A DNA stretch of 64,000 bases, from the NCBI RefSeq assembly GCF_037042905.1, contig NC_087252.1, positions 7,006,001-7,070,000 of the forward strand. The letters run 5' to 3'. Below the pieces are notes generated by a model. That model saw nothing but the letters and a program-made list of their open reading frames with translations. It made no database searches and had not been told where the DNA came from. The stretch comes from Lytechinus pictus. Its lineage: Eukaryota. The translations under genes and the position numbers were made by a program. Each line of letters opens with the position of its first letter. Positions within the stretch are counted from its first letter, which is position 1. Shown piece by piece: positions 49,948 through 63,046 of this stretch.

Positions 49948-51300
49948 TTACAATAATTTTACTTTCCGGCATGGATCAAAAGAAGATATCGCTTCTAGTC
50001 CTACTGGACCTTTCAGCAGCGTTCGACACTGTCGACCATGATATTCTTCTCCATCGACTTAGTGACCTATATGGAATCAGCGGAGTCGCACTACAGTGGT
50101 TTCGATCGTACCTGACAGGAAGGACGACCTATGTTTCCGTTGACTGTGCCAGATCCGACTCATCAACGCTGAAGTATGGCGTTCCTCAAGGCTCTGTCCT
50201 CGGCCCGCAGTTGTTCAGCATGTACACTTCGCCCATATCTCACATCATCAAGAGGCACGGACTCCAGTATCACCGATACGCAGATGATACACAGATTTAC
50301 TGTACCGTCAACTCATCTCAAACTGAGGTCAATTTAGGACTTCAGCGCATTGAATCCTGTGTAGCTGACTTCCAGGAATGGCTGTCTAATAACTATCTTA
50401 AGATGAATAAGAACAAGACGGAATTCCTTGTTGTGGGATCTCGTCAACAACGAGCCAAAGTTACAATAAACCATCTAAGAATTGGCAACTCTTTAATCAA
50501 GCCTTCTGATCAAGTGAGAAACCTTGGAGTAGTGTTTGATTCCTCACTTACAATGGAGCAGCATGTCACAGGCACTTCCAAGGCTGCCTGTATCTCTATC
50601 CGTAATCTTGGAAGGATCCGCAAGCATGTAACTAAGAAAGTTGCTGAACTCCTTGTTCATGCCTTTGTAACAACCCGACTGGACATTTGCAACTCAATTT
50701 TGACTGATTTGACTCAACATCAACTGCACAGACTTCAGCGTCTGCAGAACATGGCCGCACGTCTTGTGTCCCTTCAAAGAAAGAGAGTCCACATTACTCC
50801 AATTCTGCGTGACCTACATTGGCTGCCTGTCAACCAGAGAATAGCCAATAAACTTGGGGTCCTCGTATTTAAAGCGCTTAACGATAAATCTCCACCCTAC
50901 ATATCAGAGCTCTTATCTCAGCATAGACCAACACGCAGTCTCAGATCAGCAGATCAAGCATTGCTGACAGAATATCTCAGCCACACAACTTGGGGTGACA
51001 GAGCCTTCTACATCTCTGGACCAAAGCTGTGGAATAGCCTTCCTCAATTTATCAGGAGAGCAGAGACCCAATCAACTTTTGAGTCTTACCTGAAGACTTT
51101 TCTGTTCCCCACTCCAACATTATTGCAAGAATAACTAAATTGTAGCATTACTAGGACAGTACTTGAACTGAATGATGATCCTAAGCACTGTGTAAAGACA
51201 TTGAAATTTGTGAGATATTTCCTATTTTTGAGCAAGCGCCATGAGCGCCCAGCTTAGGCGGATACCGGCGCTATACAAGAACCCATCATCATCATCATCA
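49948..51300 (+). mobile_element. 5'-truncated L2/CR1-group LINE with intact RT C-terminal half
   Basis: Contains ORF 49971..51134, a 3' stem-loop and a (CAT)n tail. Confidence 0.95.
49971..51134 (+). CDS. Non-LTR retrotransposon reverse transcriptase (partial ORF2)
   Basis: [48 protein letters not shown] and LHWLP motifs. Confidence 0.95.
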   Translation: MDQKKISLLVLLDLSAAFDTVDHDILLHRLSDLYGISGVALQWFRSYLTGRTTYVSVDCARSDSSTLKYGVPQGSVLGPQLFSMYTSPISHIIKRHGLQYHRYADDTQIYCTVNSSQTEVNLGLQRIESCVADFQEWLSNNYLKMNKNKTEFLVVGSRQQRAKVTINHLRIGNSLIKPSDQVRNLGVVFDSSLTMEQHVTGTSKAACISIRNLGRIRKHVTKKVAELLVHAFVTTRLDICNSILTDLTQHQLHRLQRLQNMAARLVSLQRKRVHITPILRDLHWLPVNQRIANKLGVLVFKALNDKSPPYISELLSQHRPTRSLRSADQALLTEYLSHTTWGDRAFYISGPKLWNSLPQFIRRAETQSTFESYLKTFLFPTPTLLQE

Positions 51301-51767
51301 GTGCTCATCGAGATCATCAACATCATCAACCTGTTCAATGAACGCTTTTCAACCCATGGATTGCTGAAATTGAATGTTAATCATCATCAACATCGTCTTC
51401 ACGGACATTTCAACTCGTTACAGTGACTCTTGTTATTCATCATGCTTCAACATCAGTTTCATCATCGCCATCATTGTGGACTTTTATCTGGATACTATCA
51501 TTTGGATTATTACTTGGATAAAGTATCATCACTTCGGAATATTACCTCTAGCACTTCAAGAAATGTACATGTAAGATATTTTGTTTTAATTTTGTTTAAG
51601 TACATGATTTATTTCCTGTAATAAAAAAAAAGGAAATTCAACTTCAACACTCAAAAATATTTCATTGTTATTTGTTGCAGTATCGTAACAACTAAAATGC
51701 ATATTATTAAAATTAAACGCGTGGAATACTCACTAAAAACATAATTGTTAACGAACTATATTATTAA

Positions 51768-52351
51768 AGGAGAATGAAACTCTTGGAGCAAGTTAGCTTT
51801 TGTGAAAGCAGAAAAATCAAAGAATAAGATCAACAAAAGTTTGAGTAAAATAGGACTAGCAATAGAAGAGTTATGAGCATTTGAATGTCGAGATCACTAA
51901 TGCTATGGAGATCATCCCATTGGCAATGCGACCAAGATCTATGATGTCACAGATGAACAACTCTCCCCTTTTGGACACTGAAAATATACCCCAAAACATC
52001 TCTTTTTGCTCATTCTAATCATATGACAAACGATTCATCAATGATATGATGTCGTGAAACCTCTGTACTTGTCCTCTCATAAAGAGAACACCTCACCTCG
52101 TGATAGACTCTATAAAAGCGAGAATATAAGTGAAATAAGTACTAAAGTAATGAGGGAGTTGTACGTGTGTGACATCACATATCTTGGTCGCATTGCCAAT
52201 GGGAGGAACTACATGGCATTAGTGATCGCAATATTCAAATGCTCATAACTTTCTTATTATTCATTCAATCTTCCTCAAACTTTTAACAATATGTTTCTTT
52301 GATTTTTCTCTTTGATATGGATTCAGCTGGTTTCAAGGGTTTCATTCTCCT
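51768..52351. mobile_element. TTAA-type MITE (Kolobok-like)
   Basis: TTAA-AGGAGAATGAAAC...GTTTCATTCTCCT-TTGA; inverted arms such as CCCATTGGCAATGCGACCAAGAT / ATCTTGGTCGCATTGCCAATGGG. Confidence 0.85.
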
Positions 52352-52389
52352 TTGATATGCCATGTATGTGATGATTGTTTTATTTTGAT

Positions 52390-55260
52390 ATTCAAAATGG
52401 CTGCCAAAGGCCCTAAAAGTATTATGCACAATGGGAAAGAGGAGCACAGAAATCACAAGAGTGAGCACCAAAATGCATACATATATGTGATAAATTAATG
52501 GGATACTGTCTAAATACGTATTTTCTAATGAAATATATCATTCAGGTTTCAAGTTTGTGTTAAATACTGTATTTTCAATTTCAAAATGGCCGCCATATAC
52601 ATTAACAGTATTATGTACAATGCAAAGTGGGAAACCAATATTCACAGGAGTGAGCACCATAAATGCAGTCAGTAGGCAGGTCCCAAAAAATGGCTTCTTT
52701 CATCCAAGTGATATTCATGACTTGAGAAGTTTTGCATATTTAATGAGCTTGATGCGAACCAAAACACCTCTTTTCATTCTGTCATTGCTGCTCTAATTGT
52801 GCATCGAATTTCATGATTCTGGTATCATTGTAAAGAAGAAGAATCATTCTTTCAGGTCATGTGTTTGAATTTATTCAAATATTTTGTAATATACGTTAAA
52901 ATTGTGATCTAAAATATGCTTCAAATAATTATTTTCACCTGACAAAAACTGCTATTTTCACACTTTATTTTTGTTTGAGCCCAAATGATTTTTATATCAT
53001 GATAAAGCTGAATATGTATGCTTTAAAATGGTATAGGTTTCAAAATAAGAATTGGTTTAATCGGGTCAAGATCACACTTTTCATTATCCAAGTACATAAA
53101 GCAGCTTGAAAACAAGAATACTGCACTCTGATTGGTCAAAGGGACCACACACTGGCAAATTCCAACGGTTCCACTGCCTGGGCTCATGGGAAGGTCACAC
53201 TTCCCATGTGGTAATCTCCTCAAACTACCCGCGCCTGTTGTTCTGTGAACCTTATCCAGCCAATCAGAACTCTGGATTTCATGCAAGTACAAAATTTCAG
53301 AAATCTCGTCTTGTACCTTGGTGGGAAAAGTGTGATCTTGACCCGATTAAAAGGTGCCGCATATCAAGAGTGGCATTGTGAGAAAGTACAGAAGTTCAGC
53401 TTTATGGTGATATATATATCATTGAGGCTCAAAATAAAAAGTTTTGCACAATTTGCAGAAGAAAACAGAGGAAGAAAATTCAGTTTTGAGGCACATTTTC
53501 AGGCCAGAAATTCACTTTTTCTCAAACTATTGTATGCAAAATAAATGACCAATGTGAAAGAATAACATTTTCTCTATCTGATGGTGCAATGATATTTCAT
53601 TTAACTAGAGGTTAAAACAGGTAAATTATTAGAGAAAAAAATCTCACGAATCACGAGATTTTGCAAGGAGGAGGATTCAGCCACGAGATGATTTGGATGA
53701 ATCTGGCCTTTTTGCTCATTAGCATAGGGACCTGCGGTCTGACTGAATGCACGTAATAGTGATCTATGAGTAAAATATTGTATGAAAGCATAATTTCTTT
53801 TAAGATATATCATTTATTCTGCCAGTTAGGTGATAAATACTGTTATTGGAAAGTCAAAATGGCCGCTACAGGCCCTTGCGGTATTATGCACAATGTGAAT
53901 GAAAACAAAATTATTTCAACAACAGAATTTGGCTTTGCTTGGCCAGATGGTGATGTATGAGTGAAATATTGTCTGAAAACATGATTTACAACAAAATATA
54001 TATCTTATTTAATTTAGGTGATAAATACTGTATTTCAACATTCAAAATAGCTGCCATATGCCCATTTTGTGAACATTATTTGTCTCCACTCAAATTGTAT
54101 AGTATACGATAAGGGCCTATGGTGGCCATTTTCAATTTAAAAATGCTGCATTTATCACCTTAATTAGACAACATTATGATATATATCGTTGGAAACCATG
54201 GTTTTAGACAATATTTCATCCTTACATCACAATTCACAATTATATGCAGTATTTGTCCAATATGTTACAATGTACACAATACTTTTAGTACCTATGGCAG
54301 CCATTTTGGATTTCAAAGTACAGCATTTGTTACCTCCACGACCAATATGTGATGTATTTGGTTAGAAATCATGTTTAAGACAATATTTTTACTCGTACAT
54401 CACAGTTATATGCATTTTATGATTCTCACTCTTGTGAAAATTAGTTTCCCTATTTGCATGTTACATAATTTAGTTAGGGCTTGTAGAGGTTATTTTGAAT
54501 GTCAGAATTCGGTATTTATCACCTATATGGCAAAATAAATGCTATAATTAAAAAGAATATTTTTTTTCAAATAACATTTTACTCATACAACAGGATTATA
54601 TGGATGTCATAGTCAAGCAAATCAAAATTCTTACAAAATTATATGTCCCCATTCACATTGTAGATAATACTGTTAGGACCCATAGGGACCATTTTGAAGT
54701 TCATATTACAGCATTTATCTCATGCATGACAAAAAAATGATATGTCTTGCTATAAAACATGTTGTCAGACAATATTTTACTCGTAGATCACAATTTTATG
54801 CAGTTTATGTTTCTTACTCGTGTGAAAATTAGTTTCTCCATTCTCATTGTACATGATATAGGGCCTATGGCAGCCATTTTGAATTTCAAAATACAGCATT
54901 TATTACATAAATGGCATATTAACAATGATGTTTTTAGTCAGTATTCCACTCGTTTTCTTAATAATATGTATTTTAGTGCTCACTCTTGTCATTTTTTGGA
55001 CCGGCCTTTGCCATTGTACATGAGCCAGTCATGCCAGTGGCGGCTATTTCAGATATCAAAATACAGCAATGTTCCCATAATGACATAATAAATTATATAT
55101 CTCGTTAGTAATGATGATTAGCATAATTGTATTACTTCTTTCATACATCGCGTTTTTTAGCGGTTTATAGTGCTCATTTTTGTGAAAATTAGTTTTCCCT
55201 ATTCATATTGTACATAATAGAGTATACAATGGCCTACGGCGGCCATTTTGAATATCAGGA
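52390..55260. repeat. Degenerate array of CAAAATGGC(C/T)GCC-containing units arranged as a large inverted structure, with a nested TIR element at ~52675-53735
   Basis: Motif forward at 52394, 52582, 53855 and 54043, reversed at 54123, 54298, 54870 and 55238. GCAGGTCCC/GGGACCTGC ends and a 24-bp inner inverted repeat at 53057/53327. Confidence 0.6.
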
Positions 55261-55371
55261 AAATAAATAATTTGTCAAAAATTATTTTTTTCAGAGAGTA
55301 TTTCAATCCTGCCACACGATCATGCATTGCATAGCCAATGTGCGGACAATTTTAGGATTTTCATGGGTAAT

Positions 55372-55759
55372 TTTTCGGCATTACTCCTATTTGTTTGAGA
55401 TCATTATGCTCGATCTGTAATGAAAATCATAAGATCAGTATGCTCGATGTGTAATGAAAACCATGAGATCATAAGTCAGAAAAAAATGGAACCAGTGGGA
55501 TTCGAACCTGCCATCTACTGCTTTCCGGGCAGCGACTCAACCACCAGGCTATTCTGGTTCACGGCTAAGCCACGATGAACTGGAATTCAAATACCCTCGA
55601 TCCTCTTCTTTCTGACTCATTAATATTCAAATGCCGTCCGCCGTGGACAATAGACAGTAAATTAAGAGGCTTTTTATAGGAGGAAATTATAATTTGTAAA
55701 CAAATTTTCATTACAGATCGAGCAAAATGATCTTAAACAAATAGGAGTAATGCCGAAAA
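55372..55759. mobile_element. ~390-bp TIR element enclosing a tRNA-like sequence
   Basis: ~55-bp inverted repeats TTTTCGGCATTACTCCTATTTGTTTGAGATCAT...ATGATCTTAAACAAATAGGAGTAATGCCGAAAA. Confidence 0.8.
55487..55560 (-). ncRNA. tRNA-like (pseudo-tRNA or SINE head) Pol III unit
   Basis: GAACCAGAATAGCCTGGTGGTTGAGTCGCTGCCCGGAAAGCAGTAGATGGCAGGTTCGAATCCCACTGGTTCCA followed by T7. A box, B box, pairing acceptor-like ends and an anticodon-like arm with GGA; D and T stems are mismatched. Confidence 0.6.
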
Positions 55760-58700
55760 TTTGTTAACAAATTAAAAAACTGGAAGCTCTTTTCTCCTAA
55801 TAATCAGTGGCGTAATGAGCCCCAAAATTGAGGGAGTCGAATATGTCATATGTGTCAAAACTTAATGAAAGTTGTTAGCGGGCTATAGAAAAAATTCTGA
55901 CATTTTTATCTCAGAAATCCAATTTTGTATCAGATTTTGAGCTCGAGAATATTTAGAAAATGATTTTGTTTTTCTCCCTTCTCTCTTTTTTTTCTTACCT
56001 TTTCATTCCTTTTCTCTTGTTTGCCCCCCCCCCCCATCTGTACGCTACCGGCCACTGATATTAATCTATAAAAAAATAGTTTGTTGCTATTATTGGATGA
56101 ATAATTTTCATTGAATCTATTGGTTCAGAAAACTTCTAAACACAGCCTTTCTTGAAAATCTACCACCGGTTGTCCCGAAGAGGTGCGTTAATTTGAATCC
56201 CCTCCTTAAACCCACAAAAGTTCCCCAGCTTTTCTCGAAAGGGTACGGCCATCATAGCTCCGCGAACGCAGCCAATCGTAACAAGCCGAATGTTTCGACT
56301 TCAGATGGTTACGAAGTCAAGTTCATCTCCAAGATCTAGTTTTTCAAAGTAAAGATATACAGTGTATTAAAATCATTTATGATAGATAACTAATGATAAT
56401 TGATTGATTCGTTTTAAATTGCATTGAAATCATTGAATATCAATAAATAAATTTTCATAACGAATTAATCAAATGGAACACAAAATTATAAATGGTTTAT
56501 ACTAATTGGGTTCTACCTTTCTTCAAGATTGTCTTGCACTCTCATCATTATGGGCCCTCAACTTTTCTACTCCCGATACGTTCATCCTTATAGAAAGTTG
56601 TTAAGTACCAGTTTGAATATTCTGATTCAACTTCTAGGAGAGTACTTGAAAGTAATCGCCTTGTTAACAACCTTGGGAAATTTTTTCTGATTAACGTAAG
56701 CAATTAATAGCATGGTGATATTATCAATAACGCTGTCACTCTTGACTGATAAAAAAATCTTAAAATAAAGCAAAATATATTCTCAATTGACGTATATGGC
56801 ATTGGGGGTACACGATAGTGTAGGGCAGTCTTTGTTTAATGTAGTCTTTGGCAGCCTTTTTAGTTCATGTAAATGGTGACAAACACACTAATGTCCTTGT
56901 CCCTTTGCGATTTTTCTTCTTAGAACGGGCCCTTTGCGCACTAAATAAATTGAGTGATTGGAAATCAGTAGGTGATATAGGTCCCTTAGTACAGATAAAG
57001 ATCCTAACCTGAAATTGGTATCCCATTTATATCCAACAGAAAATAATGTAAAGTCAGGGCATAACTTCACAAAATTTGTTCAGTGCAGTGATATCATTCA
57101 TATCATCTACGTTGAAGCATGGCTCTGGGAAGCAGTGCCACAACCATATATAGGCAACAACACATGGAAATCAGGTTGTATACTAAAATGAAAAAAAAAT
57201 CTACCCAAATCACTTTAGTGTTGTTAACTGTGGAGCTTTAAACCCCCTTTTTTTCGCTTGTCATATTTTTCATCTTGACCCAATCACAAAAGATCAATAA
57301 GTTCACATCATATTTTAACACAATAGTACATAAAAACTCACCTTATACAGCTATCAACAATACACTTGCTTGTATCCGTCTTTTTCCCATTTGGTATGTT
57401 TGGCGAGCAAAGTGAAGTTTCGACGAGCTCTAAATTCATTTCAACGTAAACCAAGTTTTTAATGTTCTTGGTTTAAAAGTTAAATATCTAGAATATTACA
57501 TATACGTTTCTTATGAAGAGGGTGTTAAACAAAATATAGTTGGGGTTATAATTGAGCGAGATGCAGTCTTCCTTTGGTTTTTCTAGAGGAGTTTTTCATC
57601 TTCATGCTGAGCAATAATGGATTAGTGAACAGTGCGTATTTATGACCGCATGCACTACAAAAAAATTGCCGAATTTCGAAATTTGATAACTTTCTTATGT
57701 TTATCAAGTTCGATTAAACTGGTTGGGTATTACTCGTAGAATTTTACTCTATAAATACCATTTTCTTCAGCCAGGGGTATCACTTTAAAGAGCCAATTCC
57801 ACCCAACAATAAGTAAATCTGATTAAAATGAGTAAAGTGTAATTATCTTATGATAGTCGTCTATTGCGTTTTTTTTTCTCACTTCATCATTTATTTCAAC
57901 ATCTGAAGAACTAAAAGGAAAATAGTTACAGTGGAATTGTCGAGCTTTTTTGACCTATTTAAAATTTGTATAGTTAGCTACTATCCACATTGGAGGCAAT
58001 ATGGCATTATTTTGTGTTTTAACATGATATACCGCACCCTTTCCGCAGGTAAACACGGGGTTCAGGCATAGCACTAGACACGAACATCCTCTCATCTCTT
58101 TGTTATTGATCGAAAAGTAAGCCATCATTTGATTTAAATTAACAAAGTCTTTCAAACCGAGGGTAAGAATTTATTTTCCTTGTCTCAAAATTCATAGACA
58201 CGCATACATGCACTCTTAATTTGGTCAGTCGAATGATCAATGTATGCAAGAAGTATTGATGAACAGATAGCTGGGGTATGGATGTGGAGGAAATCCAAAT
58301 TTGTGTACAACATTTTAGGTCAAGAAAACACATTTTATATATTAATTAATGAAACATTGTAATTTTCACAGAGTTATCAACTATCTCTGAAGTTTAATGA
58401 CCCGCCTTTTAATGCCATAATCAGGGTAGATCTTGTTTCTAGGACCTTTCGACTGCAGTGTATGTTCCAAGTACCGACATATTTGTTTAACTTGTTATCA
58501 GAATACCAATCACACAAATAAATATGTTTTAAAAACCTTTTTATTTACTACCACTTTCACCGGAAGGAGTGGAAAACAAGATTCTATTCTCTCTGAGAAA
58601 TGTCTGACGTCTTGGCTGGGTCAATGTTTACAATTCTATCCCCTGGTTCTTCTCCTTTTATAGGCATAAGGCTTCTCTTTCAGGGATATTCCCAAGAAAT

Positions 58701-59690
58701 CTAACTGACCGGTAGTTTGAACCATTGTCATATTTACTTGGAAAACTTTCACCGGAAATTATATTCTTCCTTCAGTTGAATTTCATCCATACCTTAGGAA
58801 TGTTTTACTTCTATTTTATATTGTATAGAACTTACATTGATGATACATATAGGAATTACCGATACATAATATGAATTAAAGGAAATCAGTAATTTCAGTA
58901 ATTTTAAACGGCAATGACATATATTTGCAAGAACAAAATTTCATGGAGCATACAATATAACAATCTCATTATTACATAACAGTTGCACAATAATTAATTC
59001 ACACTTACAATTATGCAATTATAAACTTAATATCACATGATACATACAACAAATACACCTTCTCGCTATTTCAATCATGAAAGTTTATAAAGAGTAAGGA
59101 CAGTTTATGGTTGCCAGCACTTGCTAGTATTTAATTTGAGTAGGATGATTCTCTGACTTCTGCACGTGGTAAAATAATAATGTCATTATATAGCAAATAT
59201 TCTTTGACCGAATGCCTCTACTGTTATCGTGTCAATATATTAAAATCAATTTCGACATTCATCGCATATTTTCTCGTACACTTGTAAATTTTATAACCAA
59301 CATTTATTTCTTTCCTTCCATTTGTTGCATAACATAATACTTACAATACAACATGTAATATTTTTTCTCATAATCTTCTTTGTAGAAGATCAGTAACCAC
59401 GTAAAACAAATTCAAATCAGTTGCAGTTCATCACACTACCTCTATATTTTCATTTATCATATGAAGAGCTCAGTTGCAAAAGGGGTTAGGTCCATTTTTC
59501 ATCAAATTTGATTTTTTTTTTGTCTCAATGTATATATTTTTAGTAGCTCTATAAGATGATACCAAAGAAAGGTTGAAATTCCCATTAAAAAGTAAACAAA
59601 AATGGCAAATAAAAATCATCTTTTTTTCAAAAGGGGTTAGGTCCAATTCAGTTTGGTTGCAAAAGGGGTAAGGTCCACAATGATAATTTT

Positions 59691-59725
<35 letters not shown>

Positions 59726-61721
59726 GAAGACAGGTAGATTTCTTTTATACCCAATTGTATGTTCGCATGATGGGGTAGTACATCGTGACAATTAAGTTTT
59801 TCATAAGAATATTGCATTAAGTGAGAATGAAAAACATGATTTTTCTCGAAATGGTCCAAAGTAGACCTAACCCCTTATGCATTTGACATGTTGGGCCACA
59901 AGCATAAGAAACGTATAAGCATTATATATTCGCTACCGAATACCAGACTATAAATAGGTGTTATTATAGATAAGGTCTTGATCCTCGGGTAGTTCAAGGC
60001 ATTAAGATTGGTACAAATTAATATTTTGGTTACCAACCATAAATTTGGTAAATTTTCGATGAAGAAAAGGGAGCGACGTATATTTTCAACATAACATTCC
60101 TCTTTAAAAAAGGGGGGAATTGATCAAAATGTAATCATCGAGATAAAAAAAAAATCAGCTTCCACATTCGCGAAGTCACGTCAAGATGTACATGCATATT
60201 ACGTATAAGGGAATGAAATATGAGGGGGAAAATGGCCCTTACAAGGAAGGGATTATTGATGGATAGGCCTATGCACTCTCCCTTCCCTTTTCACTTGGAA
60301 AAAAAAAATTGTATTAGTCGCATAATCAATGGAAAAAAAAAATAAGATCCAAGGCACATACAGTTTTTACCAATATTCAGGTAAAACCAGTTGACAGAAA
60401 TTATAATATGAATTTCTCTGTTTCATGAAGCATCTTCGCCTCGGCTATTACACATTACTTCACGACCTTAAAGCCCCTCTTACAATTGGTGGTGCGACTG
60501 CCTACAATCATTGCGATTCTGTGCAACATATATATTGTGACCAAATATTCGCAAACGATTGCACGAGCAATTGTGAAAGCCCCTTTATACATACATGAAT
60601 GTTTATCAACATCACCTACACATACTACGCACACACACCCTGTACCCCCCCCCCCTCCTCCTCCTAACACAAACACACACAGACGCGCACACATCAACAC
60701 TCGCTGCAATGGGTATCTGATTTGTTAATTCCATTTTTTTTTTTTATGGCGCGTACTATTCTTACATCCTTGGGAGACAATTATTTACATATATGTATTT
60801 ATTTCATTTAGTTAGACTAACCTGTTCAGAATTATAATCTGATTTACATAGGTATCCGATATGCCTTCCCTATGAAGATACACCTTACATTATAACAATA
60901 AGGTAACATTATAAACTGCCACCGCCAGACAATTAGTGTAGATAAATGGTAAAGTAAATATGTAGACACGAACCACTGTATGACGATGTAAGCCTTAGTA
61001 CATTTTTCTTTAATAATCTGATACTACAGTAACATTAACGAAATCTACCTGACCGATAATATGTAAATTGAAATAAAGTCAATCAAGGTCCGTAACACGA
61101 AGCTTAGCATTCATCGTAGAACTTTTTTATATATAAACGATTGGTTGCATTGACTACCATGTGCAGTCAAGCTTAAATGTCAGCGTAGGATTAATCGTTA
61201 ACCTTCGTGTTACGGGACCTTGGAGAGGGTTTCGCTGAGGGGTAAAATAAAAAGAAACAAGAGCAGATTACTACTAGGAAAATTGAATTGCATCTTTTTA
61301 TATGCCTTCTTAAAGTACATATACCACTTTCTAAGCATGGTACAGTTTCAAAAGAAATTGAACTACAATTTCACTCTAAATCAGGGGACCAATGAAATCC
61401 AGAGAAAAATGAAATGTGTGAATTAATTACAGCAGAATGTAGCACGTATCCATTGAACTTTTGTATAAAACACATATTGCGAGGCATCTTTATGTTATCT
61501 TACATACATACAGTCGTTCTTTGGTGAACTGACATTTGCTCCTGTGACAATTGATCCGGGATTAATTTCGTTTAAGATGCAGAATTGGGGTTGTAATAAG
61601 GTTTAATTTTAGGCTTAATGTGTGGTTTGGGGTAGGGTATAATGTTAAACCCAGGGTTTGAATTTGGTCATTCGATTAGTGTGTGGAATTTAGGGCCCAG
61701 TAATTGACACCGAAGCAAATG

Positions 61722-63046
61722 TCATGTAACCAAAAACAATTGTATATTTGACATGTTCAGAGTAGACGCATACAGTCCTTCATCCAAGTCATTCAAAGAC
61801 AAGTAACTCTGTGAAATAAGACAAAAAATATCACAGTTTTAAGATCAATAAATGTTGATTTCGCATTGACTTCAATATGTTGACTTCGAAACCTTCATCT
61901 CACCAACCCCAGGTTATAAATAACTCATAAACAATTCGACTTTATGGTCCTGATCTTTGGAACAACTTTCCAGACAATAGTCATGTTCAACAATATTTAA
62001 GACCAGTTGTTAGTTGCACCTGTGGGTGACATGTTTTGAGTGTGAATGTATGTGTTAGGGTGTGTTTGTGTGCGTATGCTTGCGTGTGGGTAATGATCCT
62101 GTTGTGATATTTAAATACCTATACATTTTTATTATTTTTTTCTTATAGTTGTTCCATGTTTAAGTAAAATATCATACGCAGGGGCCCCTGATTACAAGTT
62201 GTGCTTCCTTGGGGTCCCAAACCCGTCATTTTCCTCAGTTCTTTATGATGTAACCATTTATTTTCTTCGTACTTTGTTCTCCTTTTTAGACTGGTTTGAA
62301 TAAATTCAATTCAATTCAATTCAAATAATTTTTAAGTAATAAAAAGTAAGTTCATATACTAATTGAAAGCTACTATTAAAAGAAAAAACATCGAATAATA
62401 TGAATCCCCTCTTTAAGTTAATACTTCAACTGCGCTCTACTTCACCCGCACCAGCACCTGCATTGCACCCACTTGATCAATAAAGAAAGACATGACGAGC
62501 CCGCCATCATATTCAAGCTTAACCGCTCACGATGGCGGTCTCCTGCATTCGTTTAAACTGATATTTTCTTTTAATTCAATAATGCTTCTTGTTGATGTTT
62601 ATTTTTCATTGCTTTATTATGACTATTGTTTTATTGTTTTGTAAAACTGAAATATGTATCACCTTTGTAGATGTTATGTTGTATAGTTATCCTGAATGCA
62701 GAAATATGATAAAATCAATCAATTAATCAAGGTACTATGAAAATGAAATATGAGTGAACGCAGAGGTGAGCTCCTTTTTCAAACTATTTAGCTTTACATA
62801 ATCATGATAATGGCAATAGGTCATTGAGGTAGCAGCGATCATCTTTCTGTTTCGTACAGTATTACTGATCCCATCATTTTATGGAATTGAAAAAAAAAAT
62901 TGTGAATATATCACTTATAACACACAACAAGTGGTATAGGAAAATGATATGATATTTTCAATCTTACATGTGTTTTTTCTAAAATCATTTCCATACTCTT
63001 CAGGATGTGATCAAAGTTACTCCGATCTTGGGGTTCCTTGTCCCAG
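61722..63046 (-). pseudogene. Copy D: 3' remnant, duplicate of copy C
   Basis: Last exon 61722-61808 and truncated subdomain XI exon 62968-63046, cut at the same base by the same insertion as copy C. Confidence 0.88.

Noticed and set aside
51301-51570. Acidic coding remnant on the minus strand
   Set aside because: Several stop codons and no recognisable motif; may be only (CAT)-rich low complexity.
55487-55560. Functional tRNA-Ser(GGA)
   Set aside because: Mismatched T and D stems, extra bases after the acceptor strand, no long variable arm, and it sits inside a TIR element.
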